A DNA stretch of 64,000 nt from positions 32,001 through 96,000 of the forward strand of contig JBGAHS010000007.1 in NCBI GenBank assembly GCA_044226015.1, given 5' to 3'. Each line of letters starts with the position of its first letter. Positions within the stretch are counted from its first letter, which is position 1. Shown piece after piece: positions 41,145 through 50,064 of this stretch. The notes beneath the pieces are model-generated. The model was not told the DNA's origin. It saw only the letters and a program-made list of their open reading frames with translations, and ran no database searches. The translations under genes and the position numbers were made by a program. This stretch comes from Candidatus Obscuribacteraceae bacterium (GTDB lineage Bacteria > Cyanobacteriota > Vampirovibrionia > Obscuribacterales > Obscuribacteraceae).

Positions 41145-41681
41145 TTAATAAAACTTAGTTAATTTTGCATTATTGTTTGGCAGCAATTTGAGGACCTTTG
41201 CGCTGCGCCGGCTTTCCGCCTGTGCTCCCGGACCTAGCCGATTCGGATGATGCACAGGAATGCACCGCGATGCAGTAAGTTGCAGGGAAACATGGCACAA
41301 ATTTGTCACATCATTATTGACATAGGCATAGAGATTCGTATCTCCAGCTCGAAATCCAATTGGATCCGGCTGCAAAAACCTCCCTATCGAAGGGGAGTAA
41401 GTTCTTGCTTTGTAATTGTACAAATCTACTTCCGAATCGTATCGCTGCCCGGTGTAACCAAAAGGAATATCAAATTCTCCAACAGACTCTCCAAATGGAC
41501 CGTATGTGTATCTGTTCAAGATGGCGCCAGATTCGTCTGTCTGTGTAATCACAGATCCCAAACGGTCATGATGAAGATAAGTCTTAATAGAATCGGCAAT
41601 GTTGACGTATATTTCGTCCGCCCGGTCACTCCTTATACAGCGGGTCACTATTTCGTCGGCATCGTTGTATTCGCAGTAGAA
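41145..41681 (-). pseudogene. Rhs repeat-associated core fragment
   Basis: YLHHDRLGSV…YGPFGE…FGYTGQRYD…LYNYKARTYSPSIGRFLQPDPIG…NLYAYVNN; in-frame TAG just upstream of FYCEYND; no DPxGL cleavage motif or toxin tip. Confidence 0.8.
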
Positions 41682-42234
41682 CTATCACAACGCAGACACA
41701 GCTGAGTGTTGCAACAACGTGCAGGCAATTTGTAGCTGCACAGTAATTACCAGGAGTGATCACCAAGCGCGAAGATAAGCATCTACAGCGCGGCGCGCGT
41801 GAAGAATAGTTGTAGTTGCGTAGACAATTTGTATGCAGTGTATTCTAGATTGATATTCGCGTGCTGATTTGCACAATCACCTACGGAAAAGATTTTCACC
41901 GCGTAGTCACTAAATTGGTGCCTACAGAATGACTACAGATACGCGCACCTTCCTCGCGCATTCACTTTATCCTGCTCGTTTTTCGGAATTCGAAAAAGGG
42001 AAGAACTACCGCGCCTCCTACAAGTTCGTCTACCGGGGACGGTTGCTGTTCGTCATGCAAGAATTGTGATAATTCCAGTACGAATTTGAGCTTTTGAACA
42101 CTACGCCTTCCTTCAGACGGATACGTTCGGCTGCCGACTGACAGATGGTCGAGTTGTAAGGCAAATTGGCATTCATGCCATCTCTCAGATCTCATTCAAC
42201 CTTCATCATTAATTTAATCGTTATACCCAGCTCA

Positions 42235-42471
42235 TTAGAAAGGAGGAGGCGGTACAGGCTTGCCAGTTAATTCAAAAACCGCCGGAACCACGCAGTTCTG
42301 AAATATATTATCCCGTAGGTTGTGCAATGGACCAGACTTGATCCAGCAGGTCTTGTCCGGATGCTCCTTGCTACAGCGAGCCATTAACTTTCTATCCCCG
42401 ACTTCCTCACATATGTAGGCGATGATCACCGTAGAAGCTAGTAATCCGAGAGTAAGAAGGATTGTTTTCAT
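42235..42471 (-). CDS. Small membrane-anchored hypothetical protein
   Basis: AAGGTG RBS, N-terminal hydrophobic helix, four Cys. Confidence 0.45.
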   Translation of the reverse strand: MKTILLTLGLLASTVIIAYICEEVGDRKLMARCSKEHPDKTCWIKSGPLHNLRDNIFQNCVVPAVFELTGKPVPPPPF

Positions 42472-42658
42472 GAAACACCTTTAGAGTCTCTATGAAAGTC
42501 ATATTCGACAAATCTTAAGTTGTCAATCCTAACTGCTATGGACAAGGCACTTTACCGGCCGGATAGATGCCGTAGACTGTGCCTCGATCTGAGCAAGAGT
42601 GCCAATCAGCACTCATTTGGTACATATGGCCATCTCCAGCTAGAACATGTCTGTAGTT

Positions 42659-42961
42659 TTAATCATTAAAACTGATTTGCGGCTTGGAAGAAGTCTTGCA
42701 TTGCTTCGCGATGAAGTTGGCGGGAAGTGGACCGGTATAACTGCATGACCTGCAAGTCACCGTTTTGTCATCGGTTATCCAATCGCAGTCAGAGACACAA
42801 GTTTTTGATGAACGAGGCTTCTTAGTTTTGTCGCTACCAACATTCATCGCGGTAAAAAGCTGCTCGCAAAATGAGCAGCGCATGATGATAGTTTTGCCCT
42901 CAACATGCACTACCGGACCAAAATGTTTTTGATCGCAAAGATAGTAGTCGTAATCGTCCAC
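42659..42961 (-). CDS. Small Cys-rich (Zn-finger-like) hypothetical protein
   Basis: CSFC, CVSDC and CRSC motifs; AGGGG upstream of the GTG. Confidence 0.5.
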   Translation of the reverse strand: MDDYDYYLCDQKHFGPVVHVEGKTIIMRCSFCEQLFTAMNVGSDKTKKPRSSKTCVSDCDWITDDKTVTCRSCSYTGPLPANFIAKQCKTSSKPQISFND

Positions 42962-43238
42962 GGATTAGCCCCTAGCCTCCGGGAGAATTGTAAGACATTT
43001 TTGGCGATCTTCTATTGTAATTTTCCACAAGATGCGCATTTTTCCAGCGACAATGCTTGCTGGAAGCAACAATAATTCTTTGAATCTAGCGCTCCTTTGC
43101 AAGGCTGTATATCCCTTCTGGATATCTCAGATAGCCATTAAAAGATGATGGTCCGTTGTGTGCTGCTGCCTGGCAGTATCTTACGAGGCACCGCTGGTGG
43201 TGCATTAGTTACTCGGAAAATTCAAGCTCGCTTCTTGC

Positions 43239-43700
43239 CTAACAGTCTGGCGCAAAAATCTCAAGCCAGAGCAGGCTGCTATTCTCATCCATGGCGTTGC
43301 AGCAAGCGCGCATGCCCGGGCGTTCGAAAAATGCGCCTTCGTTTCTACTCACTCCGATGGCAACGAACTTTCCAAAAGCCGCGGTTAGTTCGCATATATT
43401 TGCTGGCACAAGAAATAGTTGTGACGCTCGTGCATCAATCCAGATTCGCGCGATTTTGTCATTTCCGTTGCGCACAGTCACGCGGACCTTTCCTTCTTTG
43501 AAGTCGTAAGTGATACCATTTGCTAATTCACTTTCTCCGCACACTTCACCGAGAATCTTTATTGCATCGTCTATGGAACTTACAGATGGGATAAGTCCCT
43601 GCCAGCCATCATTGAATTTCCACCCTGCGTTTTCAACGGACTCATCGCCTATAGAAACCGTTGGAAGGTCTTTTGAGTTGCTTTTTCCATTCGCATACAT
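43239..43700 (-). CDS. Hypothetical protein
   Basis: 153-aa ORF, AAGGA upstream, globular composition. Confidence 0.55.
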   Translation of the reverse strand: MYANGKSNSKDLPTVSIGDESVENAGWKFNDGWQGLIPSVSSIDDAIKILGEVCGESELANGITYDFKEGKVRVTVRNGNDKIARIWIDARASQLFLVPANICELTAAFGKFVAIGVSRNEGAFFERPGMRACCNAMDENSSLLWLEIFAPDC

Positions 43701-43762
43701 CTGGAGGTTCCTTGTAGTCCGCTGTGCTGATCATATCATTGCTCTAAAAACCGCCAGGGTGG

Positions 43763-43945
43763 TCTCAGGAGCGGAGCAGGATGGCGACGCTCTCAGGATC
43801 CGAGCTGGTGGTGACGCTTTCAGGATCCGAGCAGGATGGTGGCGCTCTCAGGATCCGAGCTGGTGGTGGCGCTCTCAGGATCCGAGCAGGATGGTGGCGC
43901 TCTCGGGATCGGAGCAGGATGGTGGCACTTCCAGGTCCGAGCAGG
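43763..43945. repeat. Tandem repeat of about 6.5 units of 27/28 bp
   Basis: TCTCAGGATCCGAGC(AGGA/TGG)TGGTGGCGC units starting at 43763, 43791, 43818, 43846, 43873, 43901 and 43929. Confidence 0.9.
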
Positions 43946-44079
43946 GTGTCCGAGGATCGGAATCCGTCGGAATCGAAGCGGTTCCAGGATCCTCCACAGT
44001 AAGGCGAATTTCTCGATTCTGGCAAAGCACCTGGGAGCGCCGTCTTCGAAGATCTAAGAGTTCAATGAGCGGAGAATTA

Positions 44080-45552
44080 TTACGCCAAGAGCTGCGCTAG
44101 TCCGATGTTCCAAACCTGGTTGTTCTCTCGGTGCCAGGGAATCATAGACATCAAATTCTCGGGACTCTTCGCTTTGCCATTGTCCTTTCCTGGCTCCTTT
44201 TGCTTGGACTGTTCTTTTTGCTTCTCAGTCTGCTCTTTTGCTTCGGTCAAAATTTTCTCTTCGAATTCTTTCACCAATTTACGTTCGGCCTCTGTATTTT
44301 CTTTCAGCATACCGTCTGCGTTTCGGATATATCGAGCTGCGCCTCCAGAGTCAGATCCATAGCGTGCATCAATTTCGACCTGGTCACCTTTCTTAGCAGC
44401 TTCGTGGAGAGCAGGGCTCTCTTTCAGCAGCTGCTCACGGTCCTTGCCACCAAGCCTATACATCATCAAGCCCTCAGCATACATCTCAAGCGGGCTAGGG
44501 AAATAATAGGTCAGTGGCTTCACAAGCGCATTTTCTGAGACATCGGTTCGCTTTAACTGTTTTGCTGCTTTGAACGAACCTGCTTTCCCACCCTTATCAT
44601 CGAGCGGGTTGCCATCGCTGTCGCATTTCACCCAAACCTTGCTGTCTTTGCAATGGTCTTTTCCGTAGCGGAAAAATTCACCGCTTTTCCCTTTCATTAT
44701 GTAATCGGTGGCGCCATTCTTGTCAATAATTGGAACCCAACCAATAGACTTTGCGAGCTTCTCTTTCTCCGCAGGAGTGTACCAGCCAGTTTTCGCCTGA
44801 TGATTGTGTGACAGCTCATGAGTAGTCAGCGCTTCAACGCTCATCAAATGGTTTCGCTTAAATCGTGCAGAGTCTCTTTCTGTTGCAGGTTTGCTCTTGT
44901 TCGCTCCTGGTTCGAAGAACACTGATGGATTGCCATCTTTGTCCGCTGAAGTGAAGTAAGCGAGCACCGGCTGCTCTTTGTAATAGTTGGTTTCCAGAAA
45001 GTGGAACTTAACCCCTGTTTTATTCACTGTTATGTCACTGGGTTGGCAGCGATACAGGGCTGCCTGTATTCCATGAATCTCAATCATGTTTGGGTTGCGA
45101 GCTTTGATCATCTCGCCGCGTTCCCAGCTGCAATCAGCTTTCTCTATCCATTGTTTGACCACATCATCGCCTGCTTTGCTGAAGGTCACGCTGAAGGTCT
45201 TCTCGAGTTCTTTCATTTTCTCAAGAACTTGTTCAGTCAATTTTTTGTCGGCTTCTTCGAGACCCTTCGTGGTAGCGTCTGTGGTGGCTAGGATTTTATC
45301 TTTTCCATCATAACTAATTGAATACTCGAACTTCTCACCCTTGCGTGTGACGGTTACCGCAGTCTTTGTTTCAAAATCACTAATTTCTTTTGCTAGCGGT
45401 TCTTCGTTTCCAGCTTTGCTGCTGTCGGATAGCCTGAGTTCAGCAGCATCTCTTGAGTCTTTATTCTCGCGGGCATCATCGACGCTTCGTTGACAGCGCT
45501 CGCAGCCGCAAGTAGATTTGCGCATTTCGTCTGCGCGAACAGTTGAATCCAT
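44080..45552 (-). CDS. Hypothetical protein with an HEXXH zinc-metallopeptidase-like motif
   Basis: TTHELSHN plus distal EMYAEG; GAGG RBS before ATG 45552; no signal peptide. Confidence 0.6.
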   Translation of the reverse strand: MDSTVRADEMRKSTCGCERCQRSVDDARENKDSRDAAELRLSDSSKAGNEEPLAKEISDFETKTAVTVTRKGEKFEYSISYDGKDKILATTDATTKGLEEADKKLTEQVLEKMKELEKTFSVTFSKAGDDVVKQWIEKADCSWERGEMIKARNPNMIEIHGIQAALYRCQPSDITVNKTGVKFHFLETNYYKEQPVLAYFTSADKDGNPSVFFEPGANKSKPATERDSARFKRNHLMSVEALTTHELSHNHQAKTGWYTPAEKEKLAKSIGWVPIIDKNGATDYIMKGKSGEFFRYGKDHCKDSKVWVKCDSDGNPLDDKGGKAGSFKAAKQLKRTDVSENALVKPLTYYFPSPLEMYAEGLMMYRLGGKDREQLLKESPALHEAAKKGDQVEIDARYGSDSGGAARYIRNADGMLKENTEAERKLVKEFEEKILTEAKEQTEKQKEQSKQKEPGKDNGKAKSPENLMSMIPWHRENNQVWNIGLAQLLA

Positions 45553-45931
45553 CGCAAGGACCTCGCTACATACGTAGTCGCCAGTCCTTACCAACCCACT
45601 CGAATACTATTGGTGTTGCACTTTCATAACAATCGTAGAAGCCCCACTAATAGGTGCTGCGCGTATGAACTTACTCTCATCGCTGAATGGACGGGCTCCA
45701 TGATTTGCTCAGAGATAGGCTCTGACGTAGGCAGATGGCTTACAGACATGGAGGAATCGCTGCGCTATCAAGTGTTTTCTTCTCGCCGAAACCTTCTATA
45801 ATTGCCTATTCATTCTCTTTGCACAGTGAACAGTAAATCGGGCAAGCTTTTGCGAGGAGTGCGAGTCATATGCTTTCGTGTGCTAATTACATTTGAAAAG
45901 CTGCGGTTGAGTTGAGCAACAGGAAATCGGC

Positions 45932-46939
45932 ATGTACGTTCGAAAAGACATCTCTTTTAAGATCATCTGGTTCTTCTCAAAGACTCCGCTGATTCTGTTC
46001 TCTGCGCTTGCCGTTTCTGCCTATTGCAGCTATGTTTATTTGCACTGGAAATTTGTTGCCATACCATTTTTGCCTGTTGCGACAATTGGTACGGCAGTGG
46101 CTTTCTACGTGGGCTTTAAGAACAACGCTTCTTATGAGCGCCTCTGGGAGGCAAGAAAAATATGGGCGGAGATTGCGCATCTCTGCCGTTTCTGGGCAAT
46201 GATGCTGACGCAAACCTATGTCCTCGATGCCGACGGCAACGAGCAAAATCTTCTTGTCGCACGTCGACTTGTCTACAGGCAAATCGCATGGGCTTACTGT
46301 CTCAGCGTTGAGCTGCGATCAGAATATGCGTTTGAAAAATTGTGCAGCGAACGAATCTCACAGGTACAGGTGGTGGCTCACCATAAAGCCAATCAAGGTG
46401 CTGGCTTGCAAGAGATTCTCGAGACTTTTACTTGTCCGCACGAGGCAATAGAGATTCTTGAATCAAACAATATGAGCGCTATGTTGCTGGCGAAGCAAAT
46501 TAACGACTTAAATCATTTGCGCAGGGCGGGCATTTCGAGTGATGAATACTCGAAACTCTGCGATGTTATTCAAGCTTGCAGTCAACAGCAATCTGCCGCT
46601 GAACGCATAAATCGATTTCCATTTCCTCGACAATACGCTTATTTTAGCTCGCTTTTCGTCAATATCTTTATTCTGCTTCTCCCCTTTTCTTTGTTAAACG
46701 AGCTTGCCAAAAATGACTCTATGCTGCTCTGGACTGTCGTGCCAATGAGCATTTTGACTTCATGGGTCTTTTATACAATGGAAAAAGTTGGTGACACCAG
46801 CGAAAATCCGTTCGAAAACGGACTCAACGATGTTCCTATGACGAGCATCTGCAGAGATATAGAAATAGACCTCAAAGCAATGCTCAGCGAGACTTCCTTG
46901 CCTGATCGCCTTGGTGCGAAGGAAGGAATTTTGATGTAG
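45932..46939 (+). CDS. Bestrophin (YneE-like) family channel
   Basis: GFKNNASYERLWEARKIW, ERINRFPFPRQY, ENPFENGLNDVP. Confidence 0.9.
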   Translation: MYVRKDISFKIIWFFSKTPLILFSALAVSAYCSYVYLHWKFVAIPFLPVATIGTAVAFYVGFKNNASYERLWEARKIWAEIAHLCRFWAMMLTQTYVLDADGNEQNLLVARRLVYRQIAWAYCLSVELRSEYAFEKLCSERISQVQVVAHHKANQGAGLQEILETFTCPHEAIEILESNNMSAMLLAKQINDLNHLRRAGISSDEYSKLCDVIQACSQQQSAAERINRFPFPRQYAYFSSLFVNIFILLLPFSLLNELAKNDSMLLWTVVPMSILTSWVFYTMEKVGDTSENPFENGLNDVPMTSICRDIEIDLKAMLSETSLPDRLGAKEGILM

Positions 46940-46942
46940 CGC

Positions 46943-49324
46943 TTAGAGGTTCGAGAAGTTTCTCGAAGAATAAACGCGACGTGAGAACGATAGATAGCTT
47001 TCTACTCTGTTAATTGCGTCTGTGTAGTCCTTTCCTTTTACCGGATCATCGATTGCTAATCCTGGTAGTGGTGCGCCCGCTTCCGGTTCGCCTTGTGCTT
47101 GTTGTTGTCTGGGTTGTTGATTATCTGATTTAGCTGCTGTTTGAACTCGCTGCTCAGCGCCAGCACTTTGCTTAGTCTCGACTTTCTCTTCGACTACGCT
47201 AGTGCTCTTGCTTGCTGCGGTCTGTGGAATTTCTTGTGCTGGTGCCGGTGCCGCTGGAGCTGCAGCTACAGCTGTCTGAGCGTTGCCCGTGCTTGTGTTA
47301 CCAGTGTACTTTTGAACCAGGTCCTTGATTTCGACACTGTTGCCGTAGTCATTGACCCAACCGTAGTGGTTTGGAGTTTGATTCAATGCTACTGGACGCC
47401 TGGAGAAATAATGGTCATCTCTTGAAGGCTTTTGCTTTCTTGAACGCTTTCTTGAAACAGCTGGTGGCTTTGGCTTCTCTTCGCGAACTTCAGCTGCTTC
47501 TTCTGCCATTGGCTTTGGAATTGCTACCTCAGTTTCTGGCATAGCGACACCGGTTTCGTCAGAGCGCTTGATTTGCACAGGAGCTTCAACGTGTGATGGA
47601 GAGTGCGCTGCATTAGACGCTGTCGAGATGCTCATGCTGATGGAAACACTGCTGTGCGCATCAGCTGTTGAAACGTTGGAGACCGGTTTGACGATTTCAG
47701 CTTTCTCTGGTTCTGCGCCTGGAATGTAGGGCGCGAATTCTTCTTCGGTTTCAGTTGGAACGACCATTGGCGCCGGAGCAGCTGCTACCGCCTGAATCTG
47801 CATCGGAGCAGAGGTTCCGTTCATGTAAGGCGCGGAATATGCTGCCGGACGAAGTACTGGGTTCGAGTTAAAGCCGCCTGGGCGAACGATTGGCAAAGGC
47901 AGTGTTGCTGGTCTGATCGTCGGCGCAATTGAAGGGATCGGGGCTGGCGCAACAGGTTGTGCTGCGCGAGCTCTTTCCGTAGCTCTCTGTTCAGCGTCCT
48001 GGTCTGCCACTGCCAGTGGTGGAATGACTTCAGCTGTAGGATGAAGCTTCTTGCCTTTCTTTTGTTCGCTGCTATCGCTTTCTTCTGCGATGGCTTTCAC
48101 TGATGACTCTGTCGCAGTGCTTGCTGCTTCAGCTGCAATCTGGGCGTTCTCTTGAACTGTTGGCGCCACTGGCGCCTGTGTAACAGGTGATGCCGCGCGT
48201 GTCAGTTCTTCTGAAAGTGAACTGAGAGTTTCAGCGTCAACACTTGAATCATTGCTAGCTACCACGCTTTCGTCTGCGTGCTCGACTACAGGCACTTCCT
48301 CGTCTGACTCAGCATCTATGTTCGCATAAGCATCGAGGAATGATGATTTTGAATCGGAAGAGAACAGGGTATTGATAGCCGCCAGAATAGGAGCAGATGT
48401 CGGCTCGGTCGACGTAGCTTCTTCTGTTGAAAAACTTGTCGGCTTTGGTTCAGCTAGAGCTTCACTAGAGTCAAAGTTCAAATCAACTTTGATCTTAGGC
48501 TCATTCGCTGTCAGATCGCTAGGCAATTCCGGCTGTGCTTCTGCCTGTACTGGAAGTTCGCTTGCTGCTGCAACATTCTGTCTGCTTGAAGCCTCTGTCT
48601 TAGCTTCTTCTGACTGTTGCTGCGGCGCAAAATTCATCGGCTCGGCAACTTCTTCTATTTCAAAATAAAGGCGAGCAAGGCGCAATGGTAGTGCAATAGC
48701 ATCAGAGAATCCACGATTTGCCATCATGTTCAGATGCGACAAAATCTCTCTGGAAACAGTTCTGTCTTCGGATGCGAGTTGATATTCGCTGACAGCTTTT
48801 TCGAAGTTTCTTGATTGACGGTAGAGCTCACCCATAATGAGGTGAGTCATTCCATCGTCACAGAGTCTCTGTGGCGAACTCGATACACCCTTTTCGTGTT
48901 CATAGATTGCCAGCTCGAGCCAGAGCGAATCAGCTTCGCCTGCTTCTCTTGCGCACCATAAACCGTTCAGCGCTATGAATGCAATGTCGAGTGAGTGAAC
49001 TTTGTTTTGACGAGCCCACTTAACCGCCAGAGCGTATTTCTTGCTTGGTTCGATTTTTGCTTCGCGACGAAGCAACTCTGGCTTGAGGCGGAAAGGTTTG
49101 AATGCGGATGTCCATGCACTGTATTTGCAAACTGGGCAGCATGAGAGGAGTGCCGAGCGAAGTTCGGCGTCCTTAAATACGCGATGCAGGTCGGCTTCTA
49201 TGGTGTCAGTGGTGTTTACCTTGCGCGACTCGACCACAATCTCCGTGGTGAACGGCTGTTGACACTCGGGGCAGCCGACAACTGCCTCCTCTAATATGAA
49301 TCCATCTATTTTGCGTTGTGCCAT
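46943..49324 (-). CDS. DUF2225-like Zn-finger/TPR protein with an approximately 560-aa disordered tail
   Basis: GCPECQQPF…EADLH…CCPVCKYSAW…LNGLWCARE…LIMGELYRQ, paralogous to 39034..39720; Ala/Pro/Glu-rich tail. Confidence 0.75.
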   Translation of the reverse strand: MAQRKIDGFILEEAVVGCPECQQPFTTEIVVESRKVNTTDTIEADLHRVFKDAELRSALLSCCPVCKYSAWTSAFKPFRLKPELLRREAKIEPSKKYALAVKWARQNKVHSLDIAFIALNGLWCAREAGEADSLWLELAIYEHEKGVSSSPQRLCDDGMTHLIMGELYRQSRNFEKAVSEYQLASEDRTVSREILSHLNMMANRGFSDAIALPLRLARLYFEIEEVAEPMNFAPQQQSEEAKTEASSRQNVAAASELPVQAEAQPELPSDLTANEPKIKVDLNFDSSEALAEPKPTSFSTEEATSTEPTSAPILAAINTLFSSDSKSSFLDAYANIDAESDEEVPVVEHADESVVASNDSSVDAETLSSLSEELTRAASPVTQAPVAPTVQENAQIAAEAASTATESSVKAIAEESDSSEQKKGKKLHPTAEVIPPLAVADQDAEQRATERARAAQPVAPAPIPSIAPTIRPATLPLPIVRPGGFNSNPVLRPAAYSAPYMNGTSAPMQIQAVAAAPAPMVVPTETEEEFAPYIPGAEPEKAEIVKPVSNVSTADAHSSVSISMSISTASNAAHSPSHVEAPVQIKRSDETGVAMPETEVAIPKPMAEEAAEVREEKPKPPAVSRKRSRKQKPSRDDHYFSRRPVALNQTPNHYGWVNDYGNSVEIKDLVQKYTGNTSTGNAQTAVAAAPAAPAPAQEIPQTAASKSTSVVEEKVETKQSAGAEQRVQTAAKSDNQQPRQQQAQGEPEAGAPLPGLAIDDPVKGKDYTDAINRVESYLSFSRRVYSSRNFSNL

Positions 49325-49392
49325 TTAAGAAGCGTAAATTACTTTAATCCCAGACCATGTAAAGCTTAAGGTTTACACGCGCTCGGGTAAAT

Positions 49393-49426
49393 TGGGAGAA
49401 TTCCCATACCTATGTGGATTATCCCC
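49393..49426. promoter_or_regulatory. Paired TGGGA-N4-TCCCA operator-like sites
   Basis: TGGGAGAATTCCCA at 49393-49406; degenerate TGTGGATTATCCCC 20 bp downstream. Confidence 0.5.
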
Positions 49427-49522
49427 CAGAGCTTTCGCCCCGCGACTGCTAAGGCAGATGTCCAGGCAGTTCCAGTATGATTCAGGTAGTTGAAAGATTT
49501 TTGGAAGTTTTATGCCAGTTTT

Positions 49523-49951
49523 ATGCCAGTAGTCGATGTTGAGGTCACAAAATTGGTTGGTGCTGATCCCGAGAAGGTTTTCAAAATTCTCGTGGAGCCT
49601 GAACATCACCGCCGCATCTTGCCTGACGAGTTTTCGAGCTTCACTGTTGATTCCGAGGGCATTTTTCACGTGGAGATTAAGAGTGGCATGATCAAAAAGA
49701 AGCTCAGCCTGCTTCCGGAAGTAGTTACACCAAATGTGCTCTTTCGCGAAACAGATTTGGAGACATCTGTTGTCACTGAGTTCAAGGTGAAATCGCATCC
49801 TGATGGTTCTCTTGTTTCGATTCACACCAGATATTCAAAACAGGGATTGGCTGGATTTATAGAGTCCTTTTTTGCACCAGACTTTCTCAAACAGCTATAC
49901 GAGGCTGAGCTGACGAAGCTCTGCCGCTACGCACTTTTGGATATTGCCTGA
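49523..49951 (+). CDS. SRPBCC/polyketide-cyclase superfamily protein
   Basis: ADPEKVFKILVEPEHHRRILP…GLAGFIESFFAP..LKQLY..EL.KL pattern. Confidence 0.7.
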   Translation: MPVVDVEVTKLVGADPEKVFKILVEPEHHRRILPDEFSSFTVDSEGIFHVEIKSGMIKKKLSLLPEVVTPNVLFRETDLETSVVTEFKVKSHPDGSLVSIHTRYSKQGLAGFIESFFAPDFLKQLYEAELTKLCRYALLDIA

Positions 49952-50064
49952 GGACCCTGAACGCGGAAGCGCTGTCTGGGGAGCGCTGTCTGGGAGCGCT
50001 GGCTTCCAGCTTCTGATGCTGCTGTCTGGGAGCGCTGAGCTAAACGCTAGCGTTGGGCTGCCGC

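Noticed and set aside
41929..42069. 46-codon plus-strand ORF (MTTDTRTF…)
   Set aside because: No RBS or recognisable motif; it lies in a degraded region and cannot be supported.
43510..44100. ORFs and possible CRISPR across the 27/28-bp repeat
   Set aside because: The units are contiguous with no spacers; the ORFs are by-products of a stop-free repeat in several frames.
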